A stretch of 60,006 nucleotides of DNA, the filler included, from Sphacelaria rigidula (taxonomy: Eukaryota): assembly GCA_964200075.2 (NCBI GenBank). It is 7 parts of 7 records of this genome, joined end to end, with 100 filler letters (N's around TTAATTAATTAA, not from the genome) between each part and the next. Parts side by side here need not be neighbours in the genome. Positions count along the whole stretch, not along the records: positions 34,350 to 42,835 come from CAXNAA020010998.1; positions 42,936 to 51,421 come from CAXNAA020010999.1; 5 more parts are not named here. One strand, 5' to 3'. The position numbers were made by a program, and so were the translations under genes. This document shows, one piece after another, positions 37,301 to 49,525 of this stretch (within the stretch, counting starts at the first letter, position 1; the number at the start of each line of letters is the position of its first letter). The notes under the pieces were generated by a model. It did not search any database. It saw nothing but the letters and a program-made list of their open reading frames with translations, and was not told where the DNA came from.

Positions 37301-40300
37301 GTGGACCGAGGTGTAGAGCTCCATTGGTGCGTACAGTAGGGTACGGCAGTCCTCGTCTCCACCAGGCCGGACGCCCCATCGAGGACGCCACATTATTCCA
37401 ACGTGTTATAAGCCCTCACACGTCAACAAGTGCAGAGCCACGTCCACAGGTGTGAACCAAGGTGAAGAGCTCTAGTAGGGTGTACAGGAGAGTACCGCAG
37501 TCCTCGGCACCGCCAGGCCGGACGCCTCATCGAGGACGTCACACTGGTTCAACAGGTAGTGAGGCTCGCCACGTCAACAGGTCCAAAGCCACGTCCACAG
37601 GTGTGAACCCAGGTGTAAAGCTCTATTGGTGCGTACAGTAGAGTACCGCAGCCCTGGGCACCACCAGGCCGGATGCCCTCAAGAGGACGTCACACCGTCC
37701 CAATGGGTTATGAGCCTCGCCACGTCAACAAGTCCAGAGCCACGTCCACAGGTGTGAACCAGGGTGTGGAGTTCCGTTGGGAACTACAGTAGAGTACGGC
37801 AGTCCTCGGCACCACCAGATTGAACGCCCTATCGAGGACGTCACACTGTCGCAACAGGTTATGAGCCTCGCCACCTCTTTAGGTCAAGCGCCACGTCCAC
37901 AGGTGTGGACCGAGGTGTAGCGCTCCATTGGTGCGTACAGTAGAGTACCGCAGTCCTCGGCACCACCAGGCCGGACGCCCAATCAAGGACGTCACACTGT
38001 CCCAACAGGCTATGAGCCTTGCCACGTCAACAGGTCCAGAGCCACGTCCGCAGGTGTGAACCAGGGTGTGGATTTCCGTTGACACCTACAGCAGAGTACC
38101 GCAGTCCCCGGAAACACCAGGCCAGACGCCCTATCAAGGACGTCACTCTGTCCCAACAGGTCATGAGCCCTGCCACCTCAACAGGTCCAGAGCCACGTCC
38201 ACAGGTGTGAACCAGGGTGTGGAGTTCCGGTTGGAACTACAGTAGAGTACGGCAGTCCGCCGCACCACCACGCCGGACGCCCAATCCAGGACGTCACACT
38301 GGTTCAACAGATAATGAGCCTCGCCACGGCAACACGTCCACAGCCACGTCCACAGGTGTAAACCAAGGTGTTGAGTTCCGTTGGTAATTACAGTAGAGTA
38401 CGGCAGTCCTCGGCAACAACAGGCCGGACGCCCTATCGAGGACGTCGCACTGTTCCAACAGGTAATGAGCCTCGCCACGTCAACAGGTCAAGAGCCACGT
38501 CCACAGGTGTCAACCGAGGTATAGAGCTCCTTTCGTGCGTACAGGAGAGTACCGCCGTCCTCGGCACCAACAGGCCGGACGCCCCATCAAGGGCGTCACA
38601 CTGTTCCAACAGGTAATGAGGCTCGCCACGTCAACAACTCCAGAGCCACGTCCACAGGTGTGAAACAAGGTGTAGAGCTCTATTGAGGCGTACAGGAGAG
38701 TACCGCAGTCCTCGGCACCACCAGACCGGACGCGTCATCGAGGACGCCACTCTGTTCCAACAGGTAGTGAGGCTCGCCACGTCAACAAGTCCAGAGCCAC
38801 GTCCACAGGTGTGGACCAGGGTGTGCAGTTTCGTTGGTAACTACAGTAGAGTACGGCAGTCCTGAGCACCTCCAGGCCGGACGCCCTATCAAGGACGTCA
38901 CACTGTTCCAACAGGTAATGGGCCTCGCCACGTCGACAGGTCCAGAGCCACGTTAACAGGTGTGAACCGACGTGTGACGCTCCATTGATGCGTAGAGGAG
39001 AGTACCGCCGTCCTCGGCACCAACAGGCCGGACGCCGTATCGAGGACGTCACACTGTCCCAACATCTTACGAGCCCTGCCACTTTAACAGGTCCAGAGCC
39101 ACGTCCATAGGTGTGAACCAGGGTGTGGAGTTCAGTTGGGAACTACAGTAGAGTACGGCACTCCTCGGCACCACCAGGCCCAACGCCCCATCGAGGACGT
39201 CACGCTGTTCCAACAGGTTATGAACCTTGCCACGTCGACAGGTCCAGAACCACGTCCACGGGTGTGAACCAAGGTGTATAGCTCCATGAGTGCGTACAGT
39301 AGGGTACGGCAGTCCTCGGCACCACCAGGCCGGACGCCCCATCGAGGACGTCACATCGTTCCAACTTATCATGAGCCTCGCCACGTCAACAGGTCCAGAG
39401 CCACGTCCACAGGTGTGAACCAGGGTGTAGAGCTCCATTGGGGCGTACAGGAGAGTACCGCAGTCCTCGGCACCAACAGGCCGGACGCCCTTTCCAGGAC
39501 GTCACACTGTCCCAACAGGTGATGGGCCTCGCCACGTCCACAGGTCCAAAGCCACGTCCACAGGTGTGAACCGACGTGTGGCACTCCATTGGTGCAAACA
39601 GTAGAGTACGGCAGTCCTCGGCACCACCAGGCCGGACACCTCATCGAGGACGTCACACTGTTCCAACAGGTTATGAGCCTTGCCACGTCGACAGGTCCAG
39701 AGCAACATCCACAGCTGTGAACCGAGGTGTAGAGCTTCATTGGTGCGTACAGTAGGGTACGGCAGTCCTCGGCACCACCAGGCCGGACGCCCTATCAAGG
39801 ACGTCACATTGTCCCAACACGTTATGAGCCCTGCCACGTCAACAGGTCCAGAGCCACGTCCACAGGTGTGAACCAGGGTGTGGAGTTCCGTTGGGAATGA
39901 TAGTAGAGTACGGCAGTCCTCGGCATCACCAAGCCGGACGCCCTATCTAGGATTTCACACTGTTCCAACAGGTAATAAGCCTCGCCACGTCAACAGGTCC
40001 AGAGCCACGTCCACAGGTGTGAACCGAGGTGTGGAGTTCCGTTGGGAACTACAGTAGAGTACGGCAGCCCTCGGCACCAACAGGCCAGACGCCCCATCGA
40101 GGACGTCACATTATTCCAACATGTAATGGGCCTCCCCACGTCAACAAGTCCAGATTCACCTCCACAGGGGTGAACCAAGGTGTAGAGCTCCATTGGTGCG
40201 TACGGTAGGGTACGGCAGTCCTCGGCACCACCAGGCCGGATGCCCTATCCAGGACGTCACACTGTTCCAACGGGTAATGAACCTCGCCACGTCAACAGGT

Positions 40301-42792
40301 CCAGAGCCACGTCCACAGGTGTGAACCAAGGTGTAGAGCTCAATTGGTGCGTACAGTAGGGTACGGCAGTCCTCGGCACCACCAGGCCGGACGCCCCATC
40401 GAGGACGTCACATTATTCCAACATGTTATGAGCCTCCCCACGTCAACAGGTTCAGAGCCACGTCCACGGGTGTGAACCAAGGTGTAGAGCTCTATTGGGG
40501 CGTACAGTAGGGTACGGCAGTCCTCGGCACCACCAGGCCGGACGCCTCATCGAGGACGCGACTCTGTTCCAACAGGTAGCGAGGCCCGCCACGTCAACAG
40601 GTGCAGAGCCACGTCCACAGGTGTGGACCAGGGTGTGCAGTTCCGTTGGTAGCTACAGTAGAGTACGGCAGTCCTCGGCACCAACAGGCCGGACGCCCTA
40701 TCGACGACGTCACACTGTCCCAACAGGTAATGGGCCTCGCCACGTCGACAGGTCCAGGGCCACGTCTACAGGTGTGAACCGAGGTGTGGCGCTCCATTGG
40801 TGCGTACAGTAGAGTACGGCAGTCCTCGGCACCACCAGGCCCAACGCCCCATCGAGGACGTCACACTGTTCCAACAGGTTGTGAACCTCGCCACGTCGAC
40901 AGGTCCAGCGCCACATTCACAGGTGTGAACCAAGGTGTAGAGCTCCATTGGTGCGTACAGTAGGGTACGGCAGTTCTCGGCACCACCAGGCCGGACGCCC
41001 CATCAAGGATGTCACACTGTTCCCACTTGTTATGAGGCTCGCCACATCTACAAGTCCAGAGCCACGTCCACAGGTGTGAACCGAAGTGTAGAGCTCTATT
41101 GGGGCGTACAGGAGAGTACCGCAGTCCTCGGCACCACCAGGCCGGACGCCTCATCGAGGACGTCACACTGTTTCAACAGGAAGTGAGGCCCGCCACGTCG
41201 ACAGGTCCAGAGCCACGTCCACAGATGTGAACCAGGGTGTGAAGTTCCATTGGCAACTACAGTAGAGTACGGCAGTCCTCGGCACCACCAGGCCGAATGC
41301 CTCATCGAGGATATCACACTGTCCCAACAGGTGATGAGCTTTGCCACCTCAACAGGTCAAGCGCCACGTCCATAGCTGTGAACCGAGGTGTAGAGCTCCA
41401 TTGGTGCGTACAGGAGAGTACCGCAGTCCTCGGCACCACCAGGCCGGACGCCCCATCGAGGACGTCACACTGTTTCAACAGGTTATGAGCCTCGCCACGT
41501 CAACAGGTCCAGAGCCACGTCCACAGGTGTGAACTCAGGTGTGAAGCTCCGTTAAAAACTACAGTAGAGTACGGCAGTCCTCGGCACCACCAGGCCGGAC
41601 GCCCCATCGAGGACGTCACACTGTTTTCACAGGTTATGGGCCTTGCCACGTCAACAAGTCCAGTGCCACGTCCACAGGTGTGAACCGAGGTGTAGAGCTC
41701 TATCAGTGCGTACAGTAGAGTACCGCAGTCCTCGGCACCACCAGGCCGGCCGCCCCATCAAGGACGTCACACTGTTTCAACAGCTTATGAGCCTCGCCAC
41801 GTCGACAGGTCCAGAGCCACGTCCACAGGTGTGAACCAGGGTGTGGAGTTCCGTTCGTAACTACTGAGAGTACGGCAGTCCTCGGCACCACCAGGCCCAA
41901 CGCCCTATCAAGGACGTCACACTGTTCCAACAGATGATGAGCCTCGCCACCTCAACAGGTCAAGCGCCACATCCACAGGTGTGAACCGAGGTGTAGAGCT
42001 CCATCGGTGCGTACAGTAGAGTACCGCAGTCCTGGGCACCACCAGGCCGGACGCCCCATCGAGGACGTCACACTGTTTCAACAGGTTATGAGCCTCGCCA
42101 CGTCAACAGGTCCAGAGCCACGTCCAAAGGTGTGAACCAGGGAGTGGAGTTCCGTTGAAAACTACAGTAGAGTACGGCAGTCCTCGGCACCACCAGGCCG
42201 GGCGCCTCATCGGAGACGTCACACTGTCGCAACAGGTTATGAGCCTTGCCACGTCAACAGGTCCAGAGCCACGTCCAAAGGTGTGAACCAGGGAGTGGAT
42301 TTCCGTTGAAAACTACAGTAGAGTACGGCAGTCCTCGGCACCACCAGGCCGGGCGCCTCATCGAAGATGTCACACTGTTCTGACAGGTTATGAGCCTCGC
42401 CACGTCAACAAGTCCAGAGCCACGTTCACAGGTGTGAACCGAGGTGTGAAGCTCCATTGCTGACAACAGTAGAGTACCGCAGTCCTCGGCACCACCAGGC
42501 CGGACGCCTCATCGAGGACGTCACACTGTTCCAACAGGTTATGAGCCTCGCCAAGTCAACAGGTCAAGCGCCACGTCGACAGGTGTTAAGCGAGGGTTTG
42601 AGCTCTATCGGTGCGTACAGTAGAGTACCGCACTCCTCGGCACCACCAGGCCGGACGCCTCATCGAAGACGTCACACTGTTTCAACAGGTTATGAGCCTC
42701 GCCACATCAACAGGTCAAGCGCTACGTCCACAGGTGTGAACCCAGGTTTTGAGCTCCATTGGTGACGACATTAGAGTACTGCAGTCCTCGGC
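34350..42792. repeat. Tandem satellite, 151-bp monomer, about 56 copies, with higher-order structure
   Basis: Period 151 (e.g. 34350 to 34501). Approximate consensus: CCGGACGCCCCATCGAGGACGTCACACTGTTCCAACAGGTAATGAGCCTCGCCACGTCAACAGGTCCAGAGCCACGTCCACAGGTGTGAACCGAGGTGTAGAGCTCCATTGGTGCGTACAGTAGAGTACGGCAGTCCTCGGCACCACCAGG. Two main monomer variants. Confidence 0.98.
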
Positions 42793-42835
42793 TGCCCCCC
42801 CCTACCTCTAGACCCTTGGGTTGGCGTCGAGTGGC

Positions 42836-42935
42836 NNNNNNNNNNNNNNNNNNNNNNNNNNNNNNNNNNNNNNNNNNNNTTAATTAATTAANNNNNNNNN
42901 NNNNNNNNNNNNNNNNNNNNNNNNNNNNNNNNNNN
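42836..42935. other. Artificial contig linker
   Basis: N44-TTAATTAATTAA-N44. Confidence 0.99.
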
Positions 42936-43038
42936 AACCGATGCGTGGTCAATGGTCAAACGACTAAGGCAAGCAACAAATGAGTACGCCCCCCCTCCCC
43001 CTCATCCTCGGTAGAAGTTCGTGCTGTAGCTCGAGTGA

Positions 43039-43422
43039 TCAACCCATCTCTCGCCGGGCTACGTGCCTGATATTTTGGTGTATCGTGGATTGGATCATAA
43101 TCCGTTCTCCCGCAGAGAGTCCACTTTTGAAAGAGTATGTTGGGGAGGGTGAAAGCCCGTGCATTATTGACTCTCCCAAATGCTGTGTTGCGATGATCCG
43201 ATCTCCAAACTCCACACAAATATTGGAGTAAAAATTTGGTTCAGTCTCGATGCTGTACCCTAATTTTTGGTGCTTACGAGTACCATCTTTGTAGTACACC
43301 CGAATGTAGGAAATGTCCCTCTCGAACATAACCTTGGACTCTTGTTTTTTTCTCTCCTGCTCTGACGTACGTCCCCACGTTTTCAACAACGCCAATCCGA
43401 CATCCCTCGCATCCTTCTCCTC
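43039..43422 (-). pseudogene. 3' part of an orphan ORF apparently interrupted by the LINE (5' part at 47061-47102)
   Basis: Removing 43423-47060 gives an in-frame MKILLFIAKKHNMV|EEKDARDVGLALLKTWGR...REMG* (141 aa). No family recognised. Confidence 0.4.
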
Positions 43423-46400
43423 GATCGCCACCCGTCTAGGGTGGGTTGTGTCGGGGTAGGCTAACCCCGCACCGACAATACAACCAAAAAGCAAGGGAGG
43501 GTAAGTTGACCTTCTGGCTTGTCTGCGTTTCGTGTCAGTGATGATGCAACACACAGCCTAGGTAGTGGGTGATGGCGACAATGCTAACGTCCTAGCTCAA
43601 CCTTGCAGCTTCGGAATTCTACCCTAGAATGGGAACCAAATTGAACCCCGCAGCTGCAGCACATTACCCGGCGTTGAGACACTGTCACGGAAAGCACGTT
43701 GATAGAGATGAGACACGTCCGAGTAAGTATCAGATTCGGTGGACTGGAGATAGCGACCGACGCAGGATAGGAAGGCTGCACCCTCCCTGCGAGACCAACA
43801 AGCAAGGCAAGTACTGTGATAGACGTGCCGAAGGAAAACCGGAACAGAAAAAGCTCGCCCGTAAAATTAGGAGGCGGAACAGACCAAAAAGGAGAGCAAA
43901 GCAAAGAGAAAGACGCGTGAATATAGAGAAGGCTAAAGCTAGGTCGCGTAGCGGGAAGCTCAAAGTGGCTACCTATATCGTCCGTACACTGTCCCTCACG
44001 GGAAAGAACGGAGCTGGCCATGCTGAGGTGGTCCTGTCAGGCAGTCGGGTGTGACGTCATCGGGCTACAGGAAACGAGGAGACCAGGTTGATCCGAATTT
44101 TATGCGTCCGGATATCGTGTCTTGTGCTGCGGGGTACAGGGGGGTAAGAAGAGGACTGGTCAACATGGGGCTGGGTTGGCGGTCAAGATATCGATCATCA
44201 GCAAGGCAACGTGGACTCAGACACTCATCAGCGAACGCCTCATGTCGATGACTTTCAACCTAGCGGGTAAATCAAATGCTGCTACGTTTGTAGTCTGACT
44301 CCGGCAGACGTGAGCAGCTCACCCAGCTCATCATCAGCGAGCTCAAAGAGAGCATACCTGGTGATACAGTTAGTTCGCTGACTACGAACTTTGCCGACAT
44401 ACTCTTGACTAAAAAGGTGGTACCCCGCCTGACCCAAAAGCCACGTATACTGGGGTGGTTCGAGGATGCTGAAATCAGAACGGAATTCGAACAAGCGTGC
44501 ATGGAGAGGATGCGCGAGATCATCAGTGAGACTTGGATCATGTCGAGATAAACCCGGATGACGCATATTGCGAACAGTATACAAAAATATCAAAAAGGTG
44601 ATCCAAGTTGGGGTTGACAAATATATGGATGTGTATGCTATAGAACTAGAGGAGTATGCTCGAGCGGGGGACATGAGAGGATGGTACAGAATCTCAACTG
44701 AGGGTGGAGACTGTCTGGACGACCAATCGAGAGTGAACAGTACATTCGAGATGAGGACCGCAATTTATTGCGGGGCAAAAGTTTGATCGGTGCGAGATGG
44801 GAACGGCATATCCGCAACTATCGACCGCAACGTCATCGAGAAGATTGCTAAACGATCAATAGCGTTGTCACTAGGAGACCCACCAAGCCCAACTGAAAGT
44901 GAGGAGTCTCTGAGAGATATGCCGAACGGCAAAGCAACCGGTCCGGATGGTATTCCTCCTGAAATTCTGAAGCTTGGACCGAACGGGGAGGCGTCGGACA
45001 CTCTGTACCACTTCCACAGCATCGTCTCTGCGGTTTGAACATTTGGCGAGGTGCCGCAAGAATGGAAATATGTCACCGTCAAAGTGCTACACAAAAAACA
45101 AGATAGGACCCGGTGTAGTGACTACAGAGGCATTTCACTTGTGGCACATACCGCTAAAGTTCTCCTCGAAGTCGTAGCCAACAGGCTCGGTAATTTTTGT
45201 GAGAAAGCAGATGTCTTCCCGGAACAGCAGTGTGGATCTAGGCGTCAAAGATCGACGACGTACATGATCTTCGTAGTACGCCGACTCTAGGAGGTGGGAC
45301 GGGCGAGCAACGTCCCAATAAACATGTGCTTCATCAATCTGCAGAAAGCCTACGATTCCGTAGACCTCACGCTCCTGTGGGAAGTGCTTGCTCGGTTTGG
45401 AGTCCCGTCTCGAATGATCAAAATCATCCGTATGTTTCACGACGGCATGCGAGCTTGGGTACAGCTAGATAGTGGCGAACTATTAGCGTGGTTCGACGTC
45501 TGCCAGGGACTCAGACAAGGTTGCGTTTTGTCTCCGCTGTTGTTCAACATCTTAGGAGCAGAATTGGTGGAAGTGATCGTTCAGCGGTTTGCGGCGGACC
45601 CAGTCATCGCCTCAGACTTGGTGTTTCTAGATGATGCGCCAAAAGGGTCCGGTGGTGAACCCGTGGAAGAGATACCGCGGGAAAAAGTGCGACGCGCGGT
45701 GTGGGCAATGCTTTATGCGGACGACTCCGGCATAGCCTCGAGGACCTCAGAAGGCCTTGCTCGAATGATGGCTGTGATAGTGATGACCTGCCAGGAATTC
45801 GGCCTGATGGTCTCAGGGAACAAGGCAGAGTCCCTGTGCCTTTGGTCAGCACCCAGTCCCACAGAGACCGCCCTGGATATCAAAGCTGCCGGTCAACAGT
45901 ATAAGCAGACGGGCAAGTTCACCCACCTCGGTGGAATTATCAGCGCGGATGCGAAGATATCCATCGAAATCAACCGCCGTACCAGCGCGGCGTGGGCGCG
46001 TATCCGAAATTATAGCTCCCAAAATCACGACCGACCCAACGCCGAGCTATCCTTGAAAGTTCGACTGCTTAAATCGGAGGTGGTGAAAGCTCTGTTGTAT
46101 GGATGTGCCACATGGACGCTACGTTCTGAGGACTTCGACAGTCTGCGGACTGCCCATCACAAGCTCTTGCTTCGAGTAGTTGGATTCCGCAAGAAATATC
46201 GAAATGGCTACAAGATTCTTTCGTACAGAGCGGTGGTCGAGATGACCAACTGCGAAAGTATCGAGGCGACAATCCGCAAACGTCAACTCTGCTTCGCGGG
46301 AGCCCTTGTCGGGCAGGAGGACACACGCCTTCCTGAGCGCGTCATGAATGGCTGGCTTTCCACACGAGGACCCAAGGAGGCCGGCCGCCCCCCCCAAGCA

Positions 46401-47060
46401 ATGGGAGGATACCCCCCAGGAGAACATACGTGCGCGCTAGGGGCTGTCCCGCACGAAGGAGCCCGACGAAAACGATGCATACGATTGGGTCACTGCGGCG
46501 AAGAACATGGGCAAATGGCATATTGGAGCCGATAAGGGAGCGGAAGAGTTCGAGGACACGTGGCGATGCGCGGACGAGCGAGAATCAGACCACCGTCACA
46601 AGCGAGAGGCTGCCGCGTCGAGGGCCGCCCATTGAAAAGTCCTGTCTGCTCGTATCGGTTCTTGTTTCTTAGTCGGTGGCTCTGCGGTGCCCACTGTTGT
46701 GTTTCTGCATCTACTCTGCTGCCCTGAATCCGTTGGGGTATATTATTATTATTATTTTATTATTCCATTTGTTTTTGCCCTTTCCTCTCCTCTTTTCCTT
46801 TTTTTTTGTTTCACGTAGGTCATTTCATTCTGTGCTTTGCTCTTGTCAACTTTCTTCTTCTGTTCTATTTATTTTGTTTAATTTCTCCTCATGTTTTCAC
46901 GTCTCACTCTACTGTGTCGTTCTGTTGGAATGTTTTCTGTTCCTTCCTTTCTTCAGCGAGTGTTTCAGTTTTGCTTTTCTTGGGTACGTCTATCCTGTGA
47001 CCACGGCTGGATCATGACCCATGGGGGGTCAGTTGAAGTGCCGCAATCAATCGATCAATC
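43423..47060 (+). mobile_element. RTE-like non-LTR retrotransposon (LINE), near full length, degenerate
   Basis: APE endonuclease start LKVATYIVRTL (about 43960); RT motifs YRGISL, QKAYDSV, QGLRQGCVLSPLLFNI and LYADD; C-terminal LLYGCATW and LPERVM; T-rich 3' UTR ending in a (CAAT)n-type tail from 47044. Confidence 0.9.
43950..46535 (+). pseudogene. LINE endonuclease-reverse transcriptase ORF remnant
   Basis: ORF pieces 44790-45038, 45051-45290 and 45294-46535 are in one frame and separated by stops; the upstream EN region is frameshifted and deleted. Confidence 0.9.
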
Positions 47061-49364
47061 AACCATGTTATGTTTTTTAGCAATAAAAAGAAGAATCTTC
47101 ATTAGCTGATGAGCATTTGGGTGGTTTCGCGTCCGCGCTGAGGGCGATTTGGCATTAACACTGGAGGCGCCCGTGCGCTAGTACGAGTATGCCGTTTTTT
47201 TTTTTTTTTCTTCTCTCTTTTGTCGCCGAGGGTTCGGAACAATTGTTTCTGATGAAGAGATGGCGCCCACAGACTGATTCAAGGATTTATTAAGAAAACA
47301 CTTTTTTCTTGTCTTCTTGTCTGCAAGCGATTTCCTAAGACGCACGAAGCGGATGAAGAACATGAAGTATCGGCGCATTCTCCGGTACGTAGGGGGGAAA
47401 GTAGCGCGGCCTCGTCTTCAGCTTCTGCTTGTGGCGGGGCGCTGGCACTCTGGCGGCGCGTGGAACGAGAGGCTCGAAGTGTATGGATTTTAGTGTTCGT
47501 GAAGATCCGAAAGCCAACTGCGCTGCGTTGTGTCTTGTAGATGCGTCGCATGTTTTTAGGCACCTACCTGATGTGCACTGCGGACAGTAGTGTGCATCGA
47601 GCTCGAAGTTGCGCCGTGTGAACCGGCGGGTCTCCCAAGTGTAGAGCGTTCAGTTCGTGTGGAATCTCCGAAAATCACTCACGTTGCGTTGTATCTCGCA
47701 GGTGCGTCTCACGTGTTTTGCACCGAATGTGCATGCGCTAGGTTCAGTGGTGTGCATCAAGCTCGCAGTTGTCGGCCGGTCTCAAAGTGTAGAGCATTTG
47801 GTGCGGGTGGAATCTCCGAAAGCCAATTACGACCCAAGTGCTTTTCATCTTGATTTGTTTTTGGACCGGAGTGGAACAACCGGGGGTTGAGGGCCTTGTG
47901 TGAATCTGCATCATCTTCAGTCGTTGTACGACTGAAAATATTGCCGATTCACGAATTGTCCCTGCGTTCAAACCAGGGGTTCATCCCTGGAAGGATAGTA
48001 GGAGTCCGATTCCAGAAGGGTTGATAGCTTGCACACTCTGGACAAAGACGGTCGACAGCGTCAGCAAAACGTGTACTGCATACAGTTTTGAGTCTATCGT
48101 CTATTGCAAAAGTAATGTACACTTTCTCCTGTCTGTCGAGAGAGACTGTCTCAATAGGATAGGAATGGCGGCTGATTTCTGGTGAATTTGAGGTTGTGGT
48201 GACGTGAACACTCACAACCATGCTCAAAAACAAGCCTTTGCCTCAAAACATTCCACACGTCAGACAGCTCATGAGCTACCTAGAACAAGCACGGTTAGGA
48301 CAAATCATCACGACTCAAAATAACTAAATTCACGATTTCTTCGGCCTGATTGCCCAAAAGTCAGGAAAAACGTTGATCGCTGGTCCAAGGAGTATCCACG
48401 CAACTTTTGCGCTATTCCACGTGTCTGGGCTGCGTAACCCTGGGTTGCAACGCTTACTTGAAGCCTAGGGATTGGTTCGTACGAGTCGAATCAATTATAC
48501 TAAAACCAAGTAATTTCCAGACGAATCATTGTTTGTCCGACCCTTGAAAACAACTAATTGGAAAGGATTCTCAGACCCAGTGTCCAAAAATCACAAAAAT
48601 CACGACTACAGGGTCTGACAAGCCAAAGAGCCACAGTTGAGCTACTCTGCGTGGTCGGCGTCCATTGCTGTAGGAAGAAAATACGCAAAAGGGGGGGGCG
48701 AATAAGGTAGCTCATGATCCGGATCAGTACACTAATGAGAGGTAATATTTGGGTAGCCTATGAGCTGTCCGACATGTGAGTCGAAGAGCAGTCTCATGCA
48801 CCGTATCTGTGAGTACCAGGGTAGTCCACAAGTCTTCCACAAGTCTTCCACGTGTCCACAACCGCGACGGGACCATATCTCACTCGGCATAGTTCCCGAA
48901 AATATCTTATGGATCCCTCCGCTCCGTCCCATGAACGTTCATGTCTCCGGCATAGTTCCGGGAACGTTCCATCTGGAACACTAGTCTGTCCCCTCGGGTC
49001 ATTGTCTACCCCGTCCCCGGAGAAATGGTAATGCTCGAACTCCAGTCGGTGTTTCTTCCTACACCCCCCGGAGCTTACTTCTCCTCTCGACCCTGGAGTC
49101 TCTCTGTACACAAGAACGAACTGTCTAGGCACGTCCCACGGCCAAGTCCGTGGCTCTCGAGACTAGCATTCCCTCACCTAGGGGTAGTAGCCTTATCTTC
49201 AAGAACACAAACTACTCGATAGCGGGGTCCGAGAAGCGTGTTCCTCAACTCTCAATCTAAACCACAGCTATCGCGGCTTTGTTTTCCACTGGTAATCCAC
49301 TTTTTTGTCCTCTTCTCGAGCTTTTATCCTAAGCACAATCGAATGTGGAATATTGCCTCCGCTG

Positions 49365-49525
49365 CGCCCCGGTGGTGTAATGGTCCGACTGTCGCCCTTA
49401 GAGAGAACGAGGGTTCGATTTCCGATGCGTTGGGTTTTTTCTCCGCAATGTCTGACATCTACAGTGGAAGGCGTGAAAACGTGAGTGAGCACAGTAGTCG
49501 ACTGAGTTTATTCGACGTGGGTTGA
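49365..49525 (+). mobile_element. tRNA-derived SINE, related subfamily
   Basis: CGCCCCGGTGG start, A box TGGTGTAATGG, B box GGTTCGATT; body shares GGG-TTTTTTCTC...ACAGTGGA...GTGAGT with 250-425. Confidence 0.55.

Noticed and set aside
34454..42765. Many repetitive ORFs (MARLITCW..., MELYT...) and recurring CAG/GT motifs as a possible exon-cassette array
   Set aside because: 151 is not a multiple of 3, stops recur, and there are no polypyrimidine tracts before the CAGs. The ORFs are by-products of the satellite.
34350..42792. CRISPR-like array (conserved segments alternating with a variable ~30-bp window)
   Set aside because: The variable windows are homologous variants of two classes rather than unique spacers. 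The unit is 151 bp, the context is eukaryotic, and there are no cas genes.
43425..43620. Canonical HDV-like or hammerhead ribozyme call at the LINE 5' end
   Set aside because: GCTAA motifs are present, but I could not assemble the nested double pseudoknot or a CUGANGA/GAAA core. Reported only as a structured region.
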